Of a stretch of DNA of 64,000 nucleotides, positions 1 through 13,619 are shown piece after piece (position 1 is the first letter of the stretch; every line of letters starts with the position of its first letter). The notes under the pieces are model-generated. The model ran no database searches. It was not told the origin of the DNA and was given only the letters and a program-made list of their open reading frames with translations. Source of the stretch: an uncultured Actinomycetes bacterium (lineage in GTDB: Bacteria; Actinomycetota; UBA4738; HRBIN12); the NCBI GenBank assembly GCA_963704725.1, contig OY969934.1, positions 2,944,001 to 3,008,000 on the forward strand. The letters run 5' to 3'. The translations under genes and the position numbers were made by a program.

Positions 1-1455
1 GTCCCACACCTGGGGCCGGGCACGCTCGACCATGCGCTTGGCGCTCTTGATGTTCTGCGCCAGCGCCTGGTCCACGAGCCGCTTCATGACGAAGGGCTTG
101 AACAGCTCCAGCGCCATCTGCTTGGGCAGCCCGCACTGGTGCAGGCGGAGCTCCGGGCCGACGACGATGACCGAGCGGCCCGAGTAGTCCACGCGCTTGC
201 CGAGCAGGTTCTGGCGGAACCGCCCCTGCTTACCCTTCAGCATGTCCGAGAGCGACTTCAGCGGACGGTTGCCGGGCCCGGTGACCGGGCGGCCCCGGCG
301 GCCGTTGTCGAACAGCGCGTCGACGGCCTCCTGCAGCATCCGCTTCTCGTTGTTCACGATGATCTCGGGCGCCTGCAGGTCCAGGAGCCGCTTCAGCCGG
401 TTGTTCCGGTTGATGACCCGGCGGTACAGGTCGTTGAGGTCGGACGTCGCGAACCGGCCGCCGTCGAGCTGCACCATCGGGCGCAGGTCGGGCGGGATGA
501 CCGGCACGGCGTCGAGCACCATGCCCATGGGCGAGTTGCGGCCCTCGGTGAAGTTGGAGACGACCTTGAGCCGCTTGATCGCCTTCAGCCGCCGCGTGCC
601 CTTGCCGGTCTCGATCTGCTCGCGCAGGTTCCCGGCCTCCTCCTCGAGCTTGAGGTCCTGCAGCAGGCGCTTGATGGCCTCGGCGCCCATCCCGCCGTCG
701 AAGTAGTCGCCGAACCGCTCGCGGAGGGAGCGGTACACGGCGTCGTCGGCGACGAGCTGCTTCAGGTTCAGGCTCTTGAAGGCCGACAGCGTCTCGTCGA
801 GATGATCGGTGTCGCGCTTGGTGGCCTCGGTCATCCTCTCGATGTCGCGCTGGGCCTCGCGCCGGGCGGCCGAGAGCTGGGCGCCCTTGGCCCCCTCGGC
901 CTCGAGCTCCTTCAGCCGGTCCTCGAGCTCACCCAGGCGCACCTTGATCTCGTCGTCGCGCTCGGCCTCGAGCTCCTTCTTCTCCTCGTCGATCTGCGTC
1001 TCGATCTCGGGCAGGTCCTTGTGCCGGCGCTCGGCGTCGACGCGCGTGACCACGTAGGCCGCGAAGTAGATGATCCGCTCGAGGTCCTTCGGCGCGATGT
1101 CGAGCAGGTACCCGAGGCGGCTCGGAACGCCCTTGAAGTACCAGATGTGCGTGACCGGGGCCGCGAGCTCGATGTGCCCCATCCGGTCGCGACGCACCTT
1201 GGAGCGCGTGATCTCGACCCCGCACCGCTCGCAGATGATCCCCTTGAACCGGACGCGCTTGTACTTGCCGCAGTGGCACTCCCAGTCCCGCGTCGGCCCG
1301 AAGATCCGCTCGCAGAACAGCCCGTCCTTCTCCGGCTTCAGCGTCCGGTAGTTGATCGTCTCCGGCTTCTTGACCTCGCCGTTCGACCACGCCCGGATCT
1401 GATCCGCCGTAGCCAGCCCGATCCGGATCTCGTCGAAGTAGTTCACGTCAAGCAC
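1..1455 (-). CDS. rpoC: DNA-directed RNA polymerase subunit beta' (5' part; runs off the window start)
   Basis: Not in the ORF track; manual minus-strand translation from GTG at 1455 gives [60 protein letters not shown], later [21 protein letters not shown]. Directly downstream of rpoB. Confidence 0.98.
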   Translation of the reverse strand, partial: MLDVNYFDEIRIGLATADQIRAWSNGEVKKPETINYRTLKPEKDGLFCERIFGPTRDWECHCGKYKRVRFKGIICERCGVEITRSKVRRDRMGHIELAAPVTHIWYFKGVPSRLGYLLDIAPKDLERIIYFAAYVVTRVDAERRHKDLPEIETQIDEEKKELEAERDDEIKVRLGELEDRLKELEAEGAKGAQLSAARREAQRDIERMTEATKRDTDHLDETLSAFKSLNLKQLVADDAVYRSLRERFGDYFDGGMGAEAIKRLLQDLKLEEEAGNLREQIETGKGTRRLKAIKRLKVVSNFTEGRNSPMGMVLDAVPVIPPDLRPMVQLDGGRFATSDLNDLYRRVINRNNRLKRLLDLQAPEIIVNNEKRMLQEAVDALFDNGRRGRPVTGPGNRPLKSLSDMLKGKQGRFRQNLLGKRVDYSGRSVIVVGPELRLHQCGLPKQMALELFKPFVMKRLVDQALAQNIKSAKRMVERARPQVWD

Positions 1456-1576
1456 TACGCAGGCCTCCTCGCAGACCTCGCCCTACCACCCTGTTCAACA
1501 AACACGTGTTCCCGCCCGCCGACGCCGGGGCGGAGCGGAATCGGAGCGACGTGACAGCGTCGCCGGTCGCCCCCCG

Positions 1577-5029
<3,453 letters not shown>

Positions 5030-5103
5030 GAACTATCCCCCCTAGGGTTAGCGACGGACACGCCTGGGATCAGGGCATGCGGAACGCGGCACGGCAAACG
5101 AGT

Positions 5104-5132
5104 AGTCTAGGTGCGCAGACGCGCAGCGTCAA
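5104..5132 (-). promoter_or_regulatory. Housekeeping sigma (SigA-type) promoter of rpoBC
   Basis: Minus strand reads TTGACG-17 nt-TAGACT, ~75 bp upstream of the rpoB start. Confidence 0.8.
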
Positions 5133-5235
5133 CCCCCGGGTGGGGAGCCCGGTCTGAACCGGCCAGAGGTTACTCCCGCCGGATGGCGAGGTCAACCGGC
5201 CGAAGGACCTTCTCCCCGTTCGGGAAGCCGGATCC

Positions 5236-5640
5236 TCAGTCGGCCGCAGACGCGAGCTGCGAGAACGCGACGGCTTCGGCCGCCACCGGCTCCCCGAGCA
5301 CGCTCTCGTCGACCATCCCGAGGGCTCGGGCGATGTCCCCGACCGCGGTCCCGAGCGCGACCGCCTGATCGCTCGTCTGGATCCGGACGCCCCGAGCCGT
5401 GAGGACGTTGAAGAACTCCTCCATCAAGGCGCGGTCGTCCCCGAGGAGCGAGGCCTCGGAGACCTCGAGAGCCCTGGCCAGGCGCTCGAGCGTCTGGATC
5501 GAGGGCGCAACGTGGCCGTTCTCGTACCGTGAAAGGCGCGCCTTCGGGATCCCCGAGATCTCCTCGAGGTCCGATTGCGAGTACCCGGCTCGGATCCGGG
5601 TCTCGCGCAGGCGTTGTCCGAAGGTCCGTTCGTCCTTCAT
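5236..5640 (-). CDS. XRE-family helix-turn-helix transcriptional regulator
   Basis: FGQRLRETRIRAGYSQSDLEEISGIPKARLSRYENGHVAPSIQTLERLARAL is an HTH_3 signature; short unknown C-terminal domain. Confidence 0.9.
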   Translation of the reverse strand: MKDERTFGQRLRETRIRAGYSQSDLEEISGIPKARLSRYENGHVAPSIQTLERLARALEVSEASLLGDDRALMEEFFNVLTARGVRIQTSDQAVALGTAVGDIARALGMVDESVLGEPVAAEAVAFSQLASAAD

Positions 5641-5754
5641 CTGGCCAGCCCCCCTGCCGCGTTGCCTCGGGAATCTACCCTACGGCAGCATACGAGCGCA
5701 AAGCGCGCTCTACAGGGCCGATCGGCCCCCACCGAGGAGAAACGGCCGAAGGGC

Positions 5755-6144
5755 CTACTTCACCTCGACGGTGGCCCCGGCGGCCTCCAGCTGCTCCCTC
5801 GCCTTGTCCGCGGCCTCCTTGGTGACCTTCTCGAGCACGGGGTTCGGCGCGCCGTCGACGAGGTCCTTGGCCTCCTTCAGGCCCAGGCTCGTGAGGGCCC
5901 GAACCTCCTTGATGACCTGGATCTTCTTCTCGCCGGCCGCGTTCAGGATCACGTCGAACTCCGTCTGCTCCTCGGCCTCCTCGGCCGCGGGTCCCCCGGT
6001 GCCCGGCGCGGCCATCATCATCGGGGCCGCCGCCGCTGCCTGGACGTCGAAGGTCTCCTCGAACCTCTTGATGAAGTCCGAGAGCTCGAGCAGAGTCATG
6101 TCCTTGAACTGGTCCAGCAGGTCGTCCGAGCTCATCTTCGCCAT
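5755..6144 (-). CDS. rplL: 50S ribosomal protein L7/L12
   Basis: EFDVIL...[27 protein letters not shown]...GATVEVK. Confidence 0.99.
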   Translation of the reverse strand: MAKMSSDDLLDQFKDMTLLELSDFIKRFEETFDVQAAAAAPMMMAAPGTGGPAAEEAEEQTEFDVILNAAGEKKIQVIKEVRALTSLGLKEAKDLVDGAPNPVLEKVTKEAADKAREQLEAAGATVEVK

Positions 6145-6147
6145 CGG

Positions 6148-6891
6148 TCACTCCTCCTCGTCGTTCGCGGAGGTCTCGGCCTCCGTCGATCCCTCACCGA
6201 CCGTCTCGTCTGGGGCGGTCTCCTCGGCGGGCTCCTCCGCGGCGGCCTCCTCCGCGGCGGCCTCCTCGGCGGGCTCCTCCACGGCTGCCTCGGCCTGCGG
6301 AGGCTCGGCCTCCTGAGTCGGGGTCTCGGGCGGTGACTCCGCCGGGGCCACCTCCGCTGCCCCCTCCGGCTCCGGAGCTCCCGGCAGCTTGTCCCGATAG
6401 GCCTCGAGCACGCCCAGGAAGCGGGACTGCAGAGCCTGGAACATGGACGCCGCCCGGGTCATCTCGGACTTCAGCATCCCGGCGATGCGGGAGAGCATGA
6501 CCTCTCGCGACTCGAGGGTGGCGAGCGCCTGCGCCTCGGACGCGCCGAGGACCCTACCCTCCATGTAGGCGCCCTTCAGCACGAGCGCCGGGAACTTCTT
6601 CGCCGCGTCGACGACCCGCTTGGCCGCCGCGACCACGTCGCCGTCGACGAACGCCACGGCGGTCGGGCCCGTCAGCAGCGCGTCGAGATCCTCGATCCCC
6701 GCCTCGCCGGCGGCCCGCAGCATGAGCGTGTTCTTGACCACCGAGAACCGGCCGGTGTCCGCGAGGGACCGGCGAAGCTCGGTGGCGTCCTGCACCGTGA
6801 GCCCGCGGTACTCGGCGAGCAGCAGGGCGTTCGAGCCCTGGATCCGCTCCTTCAGCGCCGCGACCTTGTCGATCTTCTCAGCGTTCGGCAT
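6148..6891 (-). CDS. rplJ: 50S ribosomal protein L10 with acidic C-terminal extension
   Basis: Start re-assigned to ATG 6891 (MPNAEKIDKV), GGAGG SD upstream; EYRGLTV, VVKNTL and LTGPTAVAF motifs; E/A/P-rich tail of ~70 aa. Confidence 0.96.
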   Translation of the reverse strand: MPNAEKIDKVAALKERIQGSNALLLAEYRGLTVQDATELRRSLADTGRFSVVKNTLMLRAAGEAGIEDLDALLTGPTAVAFVDGDVVAAAKRVVDAAKKFPALVLKGAYMEGRVLGASEAQALATLESREVMLSRIAGMLKSEMTRAASMFQALQSRFLGVLEAYRDKLPGAPEPEGAAEVAPAESPPETPTQEAEPPQAEAAVEEPAEEAAAEEAAAEEPAEETAPDETVGEGSTEAETSANDEEE

Positions 6892-6899
6892 CGCGCCTC

Positions 6900-7025
6900 C
6901 ATGAGGAACACAACAAACGCCTCCGCGGACTCGCGGAGGCGCGCGCGTGGTGGCACGTTCGTTCGCCTCGGCAGGTACCGGCGTGGCCGGATCATGCGGC
7001 GCCCCTGCGGTCTGCGGCTCGATCA
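6900..7025 (-). ncRNA. Ribosomal protein L10 leader (cis-regulatory RNA), boundaries approximate
   Basis: Minus strand has AGACCGCAGG...CCTGCCGAGG paired elements directly upstream of rplJ, as in L10 leaders. Confidence 0.7.
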
Positions 7026-7075
7026 GGGTACCGACGGGACTCCGCCGCGACAACGGGTGCCGGGGGTTCCGGCCG

Positions 7076-8014
7076 CTACGCGCCGAGCATCGCTCGGAAC
7101 GACGCAACGGTGCGCTCGAGGCCCTCCGCCATGCCGACGGTCGGCGTGTAGCCGAGCAGCCCGTGGGCGAGCGAGACGTCCGCCTCCGTGTGGCGCACGT
7201 CCCCCGCCCTCGGCGGTTCGAACACCGGCTCCGGGCTCGAGCCGGTCAGCTCGGCAACGACCCGGAGCACCTCGTTCACCGAGGTCGGCTTCGCCCCGCC
7301 GCCGATGTTGAAGGAGAGCCCCTGCGCCTCGTCGGGAGCTCGGCCGGCCAGGAGGTTCGCCTCGACGACGTCGTCGATGTAGGTGAAGTCGCGGGCCTGC
7401 CCGCCGTCCCCGTGGATCACGGGAGGGCGGCCCTCCAGGCACGCCATCACGAACCGGGGGACGACCGCGGCGTACTCGCTCTGCGGATCCTGCCCCGGCC
7501 CGAACACGTTGAAGTACCGCAGGCCGATCGCCCGCACCTGCATGGAGAACCAGAAGGCCCGGTAGTACGCCTCGCCGGCGAGCTTGCTGGCCGCGTACGG
7601 CGAGCGCGGTCTCGGCAGCATCGTCTCGACCAACGGGAACCGTTCCTGGTCTCCGTAGACGGAGGAGGACGATGCGGCCACGACCCTCGCTCCCTCGCGC
7701 TGCGCGGCGAGCAGGACGTTGAGCGTTCCCCGGACGTTCACGTCGGTGAAGAGCTCGGGCTCGGCGATCGATCGGGGGACGGAGCGCTTCGCCCCCTGGT
7801 GGTAGATGACCTCGCACCCCGTCGCCGCGCCTGCCACCGCCGCGGGATCCCGAAGATCCGCCTCGACGAATCGGATCGCGCCCGCCCGCTCGAGGTTCTC
7901 CGCCGAGCCGTCGGACATGTCATCGAGCCCCACCACGTCGTGACCGTCGACGAGGAGCCGCTTCGCGAGATGGGAGCCGATGAAGCCTGCCACCCCCGTT
8001 ACGAGAACACGCAT
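7076..8014 (-). CDS. NAD-dependent nucleotide-sugar epimerase (WbpP/UDP-GlcNAc 4-epimerase-like)
   Basis: GVAGFIGS Rossmann motif, YAASK catalytic motif, LRYFNVFGPGQDPQSEYAAVVPRF, ARDFTYIDDVV. Confidence 0.9.
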   Translation of the reverse strand: MRVLVTGVAGFIGSHLAKRLLVDGHDVVGLDDMSDGSAENLERAGAIRFVEADLRDPAAVAGAATGCEVIYHQGAKRSVPRSIAEPELFTDVNVRGTLNVLLAAQREGARVVAASSSSVYGDQERFPLVETMLPRPRSPYAASKLAGEAYYRAFWFSMQVRAIGLRYFNVFGPGQDPQSEYAAVVPRFVMACLEGRPPVIHGDGGQARDFTYIDDVVEANLLAGRAPDEAQGLSFNIGGGAKPTSVNEVLRVVAELTGSSPEPVFEPPRAGDVRHTEADVSLAHGLLGYTPTVGMAEGLERTVASFRAMLGA

Positions 8015-8127
8015 CGAGCACCTTTCGGTCGGAGGAGTCGCTGATCCGGAGCATACGGTGGGATCGAGGCGCGCCCACCCGAGTTCGCCTGCTCATCCGT
8101 TCGCAGCTGGGCGCTCTCCTTGCGCTC

Positions 8128-11100
8128 CTACGCTCCCGGCAGCCCGCAGAGCGCCCAGGCGGTGATCGACCAGCTCGAACTGACTGGCGAGTCTTCGACC
8201 GCCGTCACGGTATACGTGGTGTTGGAGTCGGGGTACGCGCGCAGGAACTCGATGTCGGGGTTGAGCGCTTGCGACCCGTTGATGTTGTACCCGCCGCCCA
8301 GCACGACGCGTCCACCCGTGCAGGTCGCAGTTGCCGTCTTGGGAGTGCTGGAGTTGTTCGCTGAGGTACTGGACACTCGAATGTAGTCTGCGAAGCCGCT
8401 CGGACCCGTGACGCCCGTGACGCCAGTGGCGCCCGTCGCACCTGTGGCTCCGATGCCTGTGGCTCCGGTCGCCCCGAACCCGGTCGCGCCGGTCGCGCCC
8501 GCAGGACCCTGCGGGCCAACCGGCCCCTGAGGACCTACGGGGCCCTGAGGACCGACGGGGCCCTGGGGACCGACGGGGCCCTGGGGACCCTGAGCACCGT
8601 CGACACCGGGATCGCCTTGGGGACCCTGAGCTCCGGCGGGACCGACCGGGCCCTGAGGACCGACCGGGCCCTGAGGACCGACCGGGCCCTGAGGACCGAC
8701 CGGGCCCTGAGGACCGACGGCGCCGACCGGGCCCTGAGGACCGACCGCACCGTCGACACCGGGATCGCCCTGGGGACCTTGGGGACCGACGGCACCGGGA
8801 TCACCTTGAGGACCGGCCGCGCCGGGGTCGCCCTGCGGACCGACCGCACCGTCGACACCGGGGTCGCCCTGGGGACCGACGGCACCGGGATCGCCCTGCT
8901 GCCCCTGGGGACCCTGAGCACCGTCGGCACCGGGATCGCCTTGGGGACCCTGAGCTCCGGCGGGACCGACCGGGCCCTGAGGACCGACCGGGCCCTGAGG
9001 ACCGACCGGGCCCTGAGGACCGACGGCGCCGACCGGGCCCTGAGGACCGACGGCGCCGACCGGGCCCTGCGGACCGACCGCACCGTCGACACCGGGATCG
9101 CCCTGGGGACCTTGGGGACCGACGGCACCGGGATCACCTTGAGGACCGGCCGCGCCGGGGTCGCCCTGCGGACCGACCGCACCGTCGACACCGGGGTCGC
9201 CCTGGGGACCTTGGGGACCGACGGCACCGGGATCGCCTTGGGGACCCTGAGCTCCGGCGGGACCGACCGGGCCCTGAGGACCGACCGGGCCCTGAGGACC
9301 GACCGGGCCCTGGGGACCGACGGCGCCGACCGGGCCCTGCGGACCGACCGCACCGTCGACACCGGGATCGCCCTGGGGACCTTGGGGACCGACGGCACCG
9401 GGATCACCTTGAGGACCGGCCGCGCCGGGGTCGCCCTGCGGACCGACCGCACCGTCGACACCGGGGTCGCCCTGGGGACCGACGGCACCGGGATCGCCCT
9501 GCTGCCCCTGGGGACCCTGAGCACCGTCGGCACCGGGATCGCCTTGGGGACCCTGAGCTCCGGCGGGACCGACCGGGCCCTGAGGACCGACCGGGCCCTG
9601 AGGACCGACCGGGCCCTGAGGACCGACGGCGCCGACCGGGCCCTGCGGACCGACCGCACCGTCGACACCGGGATCGCCCTGGGGACCTTGGGGACCGACG
9701 GCACCGGGATCACCTTGAGGACCGGCCGCGCCGGGGTCGCCCTGCGGACCGACCGCACCGTCGACACCGGGGTCGCCCTGGGGACCGACGGCACCGGGAT
9801 CGCCCTGCTGCCCCTGGGGACCCTGAGCACCGTCGGCACCGGGATCGCCTTGGGGACCCTGAGCTCCGGCGGGACCGACCGGGCCCTGAGGACCGACCGG
9901 GCCCTGAGGACCGACCGGGCCCTGAGGACCGACCGGGCCCTGAGGACCGACGGCGCCGACCGGGCCCTGCGGACCGACCGCACCGTCGACACCGGGATCG
10001 CCCTGGGGACCTTGGGGACCGACGGCACCGGGATCACCTTGAGGACCGGCCGCGCCGGGGTCGCCCTGCGGACCGACCGCACCGTCGACACCGGGGTCGC
10101 CCTGGGGACCGACGGCACCGGGATCGCCCTGCTGCCCCTGGGGACCCTGAGCACCGTCGGCACCGGGATCGCCTTGGGGACCCTGAGCTCCGGCGGGACC
10201 GACCGGGCCCTGAGGACCGACCGGGCCCTGAGGACCGACCGGGCCCTGAGGACCGACGGCGCCGACCGGGCCCTGAGGACCGACCGCACCGTCGACACCG
10301 GGATCGCCCTGGGGACCTTGGGGACCGACGGCACCGGGATCACCTTGAGGACCGGCCGCGCCGGGGTCGCCCTGCGGACCGACCGCACCGTCGACACCGG
10401 GGTCGCCCTGGGGACCGACGGCACCGGGATCGCCCTGCTGCCCCTGGGGACCCTGAGCACCGTCGGCACCGGGATCGCCTTGGGGACCCTGAGCTCCGGC
10501 GGGACCGACCGGGCCCTGAGGACCGACCGGGCCCTGAGGACCGACCGGGCCCTGAGGACCGACGGCGCCGACCGGGCCCTGCGGACCGACCGCACCGTCG
10601 ACACCGGGATCGCCCTGGGGACCTTGGGGACCGACGGCACCGGGATCACCTTGAGGACCGGCCGCGCCGGGGTCGCCCTGCGGACCGACCGCACCGTCGA
10701 CACCGGGGTCGCCCTGGGGCGGGACCGACGGCACCGGGATCGCCCTGCTGCCCCTGGGGACCCTGAGCTCCGGCGGCACCGGGATCGCCTTGGGGACCCT
10801 GAGCTCCGGCGGGACCGACCGGGCCCTGAGGACCGACCGGGCCCTGGGGACCGACGGCGCCGACCGGGCCCTGCGGACCGACCGCACCGTCGACACCGGG
10901 ATCGCCCTGGGGACCTTGGGGACCGACGGCACCGGGATCACCTTGAGGACCGGCCGCGCCGGGGTCGCCCTGCGGACCGACCGCACCGTCGACACCGGGG
11001 TCGCCCTGGGGACCGACGGCACCGGGATCGCCCTGCTGCCCCTGGGGACCCTGAGCACCGTCGGCACCGGGATCGCCTTGGGGACCCTGAGCTCCGGCGG

Positions 11101-12820
11101 GACCGACCGGGCCCTGAGGACCGACCGGGCCCTGAGGACCGACCGGGCCCTGGGGACCGACGGCGCCGACCGGGCCCTGCGGACCGACCGCACCGTCGAC
11201 ACCGGGATCGCCCTGGGGACCTTGGGGACCGACGGCACCGGGATCACCTTGAGGACCGGCCGCGCCGGGGTCGCCCTGCGGACCGACCGCACCGTCGACA
11301 CCGGGGTCGCCCTGGGGACCGACGGCACCGGGATCGCCCTGCTGCCCCTGGGGACCCTGAGCACCGTCGGCACCGGGATCGCCTTGGGGACCCTGAGCTC
11401 CGGCGGGACCGACCGGGCCCTGAGGACCGACCGGGCCCTGAGGACCGACCGGGCCCTGGGGACCGACGGCGCCGACCGGGCCCTGCGGACCGACCGCACC
11501 GTCGACACCGGGATCGCCCTGGGGACCTTGGGGACCGACGGCACCGGGATCACCTTGAGGACCGGCCGCGCCGGGGTCGCCCTGCGGACCGACCGCACCG
11601 TCGACACCGGGGTCGCCCTGGGGACCGACGGCACCGGGATCGCCCTGCTGCCCCTGGGGACCCTGAGCACCGTCGGCACCGGGATCGCCTTGGGGACCCT
11701 GAGCTCCGGCGGGACCGACCGGGCCCTGAGGACCGACCGGGCCCTGAGGACCGACCGGGCCCTGAGGACCGACGGCGCCGACCGGGCCCTGCGGACCGAC
11801 CGCACCGTCGACACCGGGATCGCCCTGGGGACCTTGGGGACCGACGGCACCGGTCGGACCGACCGGGCCTTGAGGACCAACCGGGCCTTGAGGACCAACC
11901 GGGCCAGTAGGCCCAATCGGTCCTGGAGGACCTACGGGGCCGGTCGTGACTGGTCCACCGCCTGGCCCCGAGGCGCCTGTCGATCCAGGAGGTCCCGTCG
12001 GGCCCGTGTCACCGGGAGGACCTGCCGGACCGGTGTCGCCGGGAGGACCCGCGGGGCCGGTTGTCACGGGACCACCACCGGGTCCTGTCGCGCCCGTCGC
12101 TCCGGGAGGACCTACCGGACCGGTGTCGCCGGGAGGACCTGCAGGACCGGTATCGCCGGACGTGCCGTCCGCCCCCGTCGCGCCGGCCGGACCCGGAGGA
12201 CCCGCGGGGCCGGGGGATCCGGCGGGTCCAGTCGTCCCGGCGGCTCCCGTTGCTCCGGGAGCTCCGGTCGCCCCGTTCGCCCCGGCCGCGCCGGTGGCAC
12301 CGTTCGCGCCTGCGGCCCCATCGACGCCATCAAGACCGTTCGTGCCGTCAAGCCCGTTCGTGCCGTCTTGGCCATCGGCGCCGTTGGTCCCGTCGATGCC
12401 ATCGGTGCCGTTGGTCCCATCGATGCCGTCCGTGCCGCCGGGACCGCGCCGACCCGAGGCACCGGTCGGCCCGACGAGGGGCTCGTCGTTGTGGAGATCG
12501 TTCGCCAGCACGCCGGACGGCAGCCGATTGCCCTCTCGATCGACGAGCTGCCACGAGACCCTGAACTCACCCTTGCGGCACGCGGCCTGCGGGCTCACGA
12601 TCCGTACGGCCCCGGTGGCGCTGGAGACGCATCCGCTGACGCGCTCGCCGGACGACCGACGGCCGATAGAAGCCCCGGCCCACAGAAGTGACAGGAGTGT
12701 CAGCAGGAGTACCGCACCGGCAGCGATCCGTCGCCGGCGCCGCCGGCGGGCGCTTCCGGAATCGTTTTCGCCCGGGCCAGGATCGGGCTCGGTCGGTCGA
12801 GGTCGGTGTCCGCGTCCCAC
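8128..12820 (-). CDS. Very large membrane-anchored/secreted collagen-like protein (~1,560 aa), interrupted by a 4-bp insertion at ~10720
   Basis: N-terminal poly-Arg plus hydrophobic helix, Cys pair motif ([13 protein letters not shown]...CRKGE..VSW), ~1,350 aa of Gly-X-Y, C-terminal globular domain ([14 protein letters not shown]...AWALC). Split across ORFs 10646..12820 and 8128..11916. Confidence 0.88.
8580..11850. repeat. Tandem repeat array, 306-bp unit (102 aa, 34 Gly-X-Y triplets), ~10-11 copies, nested 9/18-bp subrepeats
   Basis: Marker CCCTGCTGCCCCTG at 8894, 9497, 9803, 10127, 10433, 10743, 11031, 11337, 11643; spacings 603, 306, 324, 306, 310, 288, 306, 306. Confidence 0.95.
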
Positions 12821-12830
12821 GTTTGACCCA

Positions 12831-12877
12831 TCGGGTTACCCGAGGGTCCGGTTAACCCCTGGTTTCGGGTATCCCGA
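12831..12877. promoter_or_regulatory. Candidate double operator in the divergent collagen/TPR intergenic region
   Basis: Palindromes TCGGG-TTA-CCCGA (12831-12843) and TCGGG-TAT-CCCGA (12865-12877) flank a centred GGTTAACC (12850-12857). Confidence 0.45.
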
Positions 12878-12997
12878 ACCGAACCGACCCGGCCGCGTCG
12901 ATGCCGCCGTGGCGGCCACCGTTCCGGGGATCAGGAAGGTGACCCCCGCCTCCACGTGGCGAGGCCGGTGGCGTCGTACCATCCGAGGCGACCAACC

Positions 12998-13606
12998 ATG
13001 GATGAACGACGCTCCCCATCTGACCGCTTCCGGGCGTTGGGCAAGAACCGTCAGGCCCTCGCGCTCGTGGTCGTCCTCGTCGTGGTGGCCGGCGGCCTCC
13101 TGCTCATCACCCGCGGCGGTCAGGGCAGCGACGCGGAGCGAGCGGACCAGGCGCTCCAGGACGGCCTGAGTGCGCACCAGCAGGGAGACCTCGAGACGGC
13201 CAAGGCGGACTACCTCCAGACGATCGAGCTCGACCCCCAGAACAAGTTCGCGTACTACAACCTCGGCGTCATCAGCCAGACCGAGGGCGACCTCGCCACC
13301 GCGGAGTCCAACTACACGACGGCGATCACGATCGACCCCGACTTCGTCGCGGCGCTGTTCAACCTGGCGATCCTTCGAGCCGACGGCGGAGCCTCGGACG
13401 AGGCGATCCAGCTGTATCAGCACATCATCGAGGTCGACCCGAGCCAGGCCGCCGCTCACCTCAACCTGGGATTCCTTCTTATCGACGCCGGCAACGAGTC
13501 GAGGGGACAGGCCGAGCTCGACGAGGCGGTCCGGCTCGATCCGACACTCGCCGACCGGATCACGCCCGCGAGCGGCAGCCCCGCGGCCGCGACGCCGTCC
13601 CCCTAA
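12998..13606 (+). CDS. Membrane-anchored tetratricopeptide repeat protein
   Basis: N-terminal TM (ALALVVVLVVVAGGLLLI) then ~4 TPRs (AYYNLG, ALFNLA, AHLNLG, ending DP). Start chosen at ATG 12998. Confidence 0.88.
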   Translation: MDERRSPSDRFRALGKNRQALALVVVLVVVAGGLLLITRGGQGSDAERADQALQDGLSAHQQGDLETAKADYLQTIELDPQNKFAYYNLGVISQTEGDLATAESNYTTAITIDPDFVAALFNLAILRADGGASDEAIQLYQHIIEVDPSQAAAHLNLGFLLIDAGNESRGQAELDEAVRLDPTLADRITPASGSPAAATPSP

Positions 13607-13619
13607 TGGGACCCGACGG

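Noticed and set aside
1499-1512. SOS-like CAAAC-ACGT-GTTCC between rpoB and rpoC
   Set aside because: Two mismatches to consensus and no obvious associated promoter; too weak.
5544-5556. Third TCGGG-N3-CCCGA palindrome inside the XRE gene
   Set aside because: Lies in coding sequence and is GC-rich, so it is plausibly chance; not used to link XRE to the collagen cassette.
8580-11850. Repeat array considered as CRISPR or a non-coding array
   Set aside because: No unique spacers, no cas genes, and unit lengths are multiples of 9 bp, matching collagen triplets.
8535-12691. Very long alternative-frame ORFs over the collagen repeats (Arg-rich VLRARS and antisense TDRALR frames)
   Set aside because: A stop-free repeat unit keeps several frames open automatically; only the Gly-X-Y frame has sensible terminal domains.
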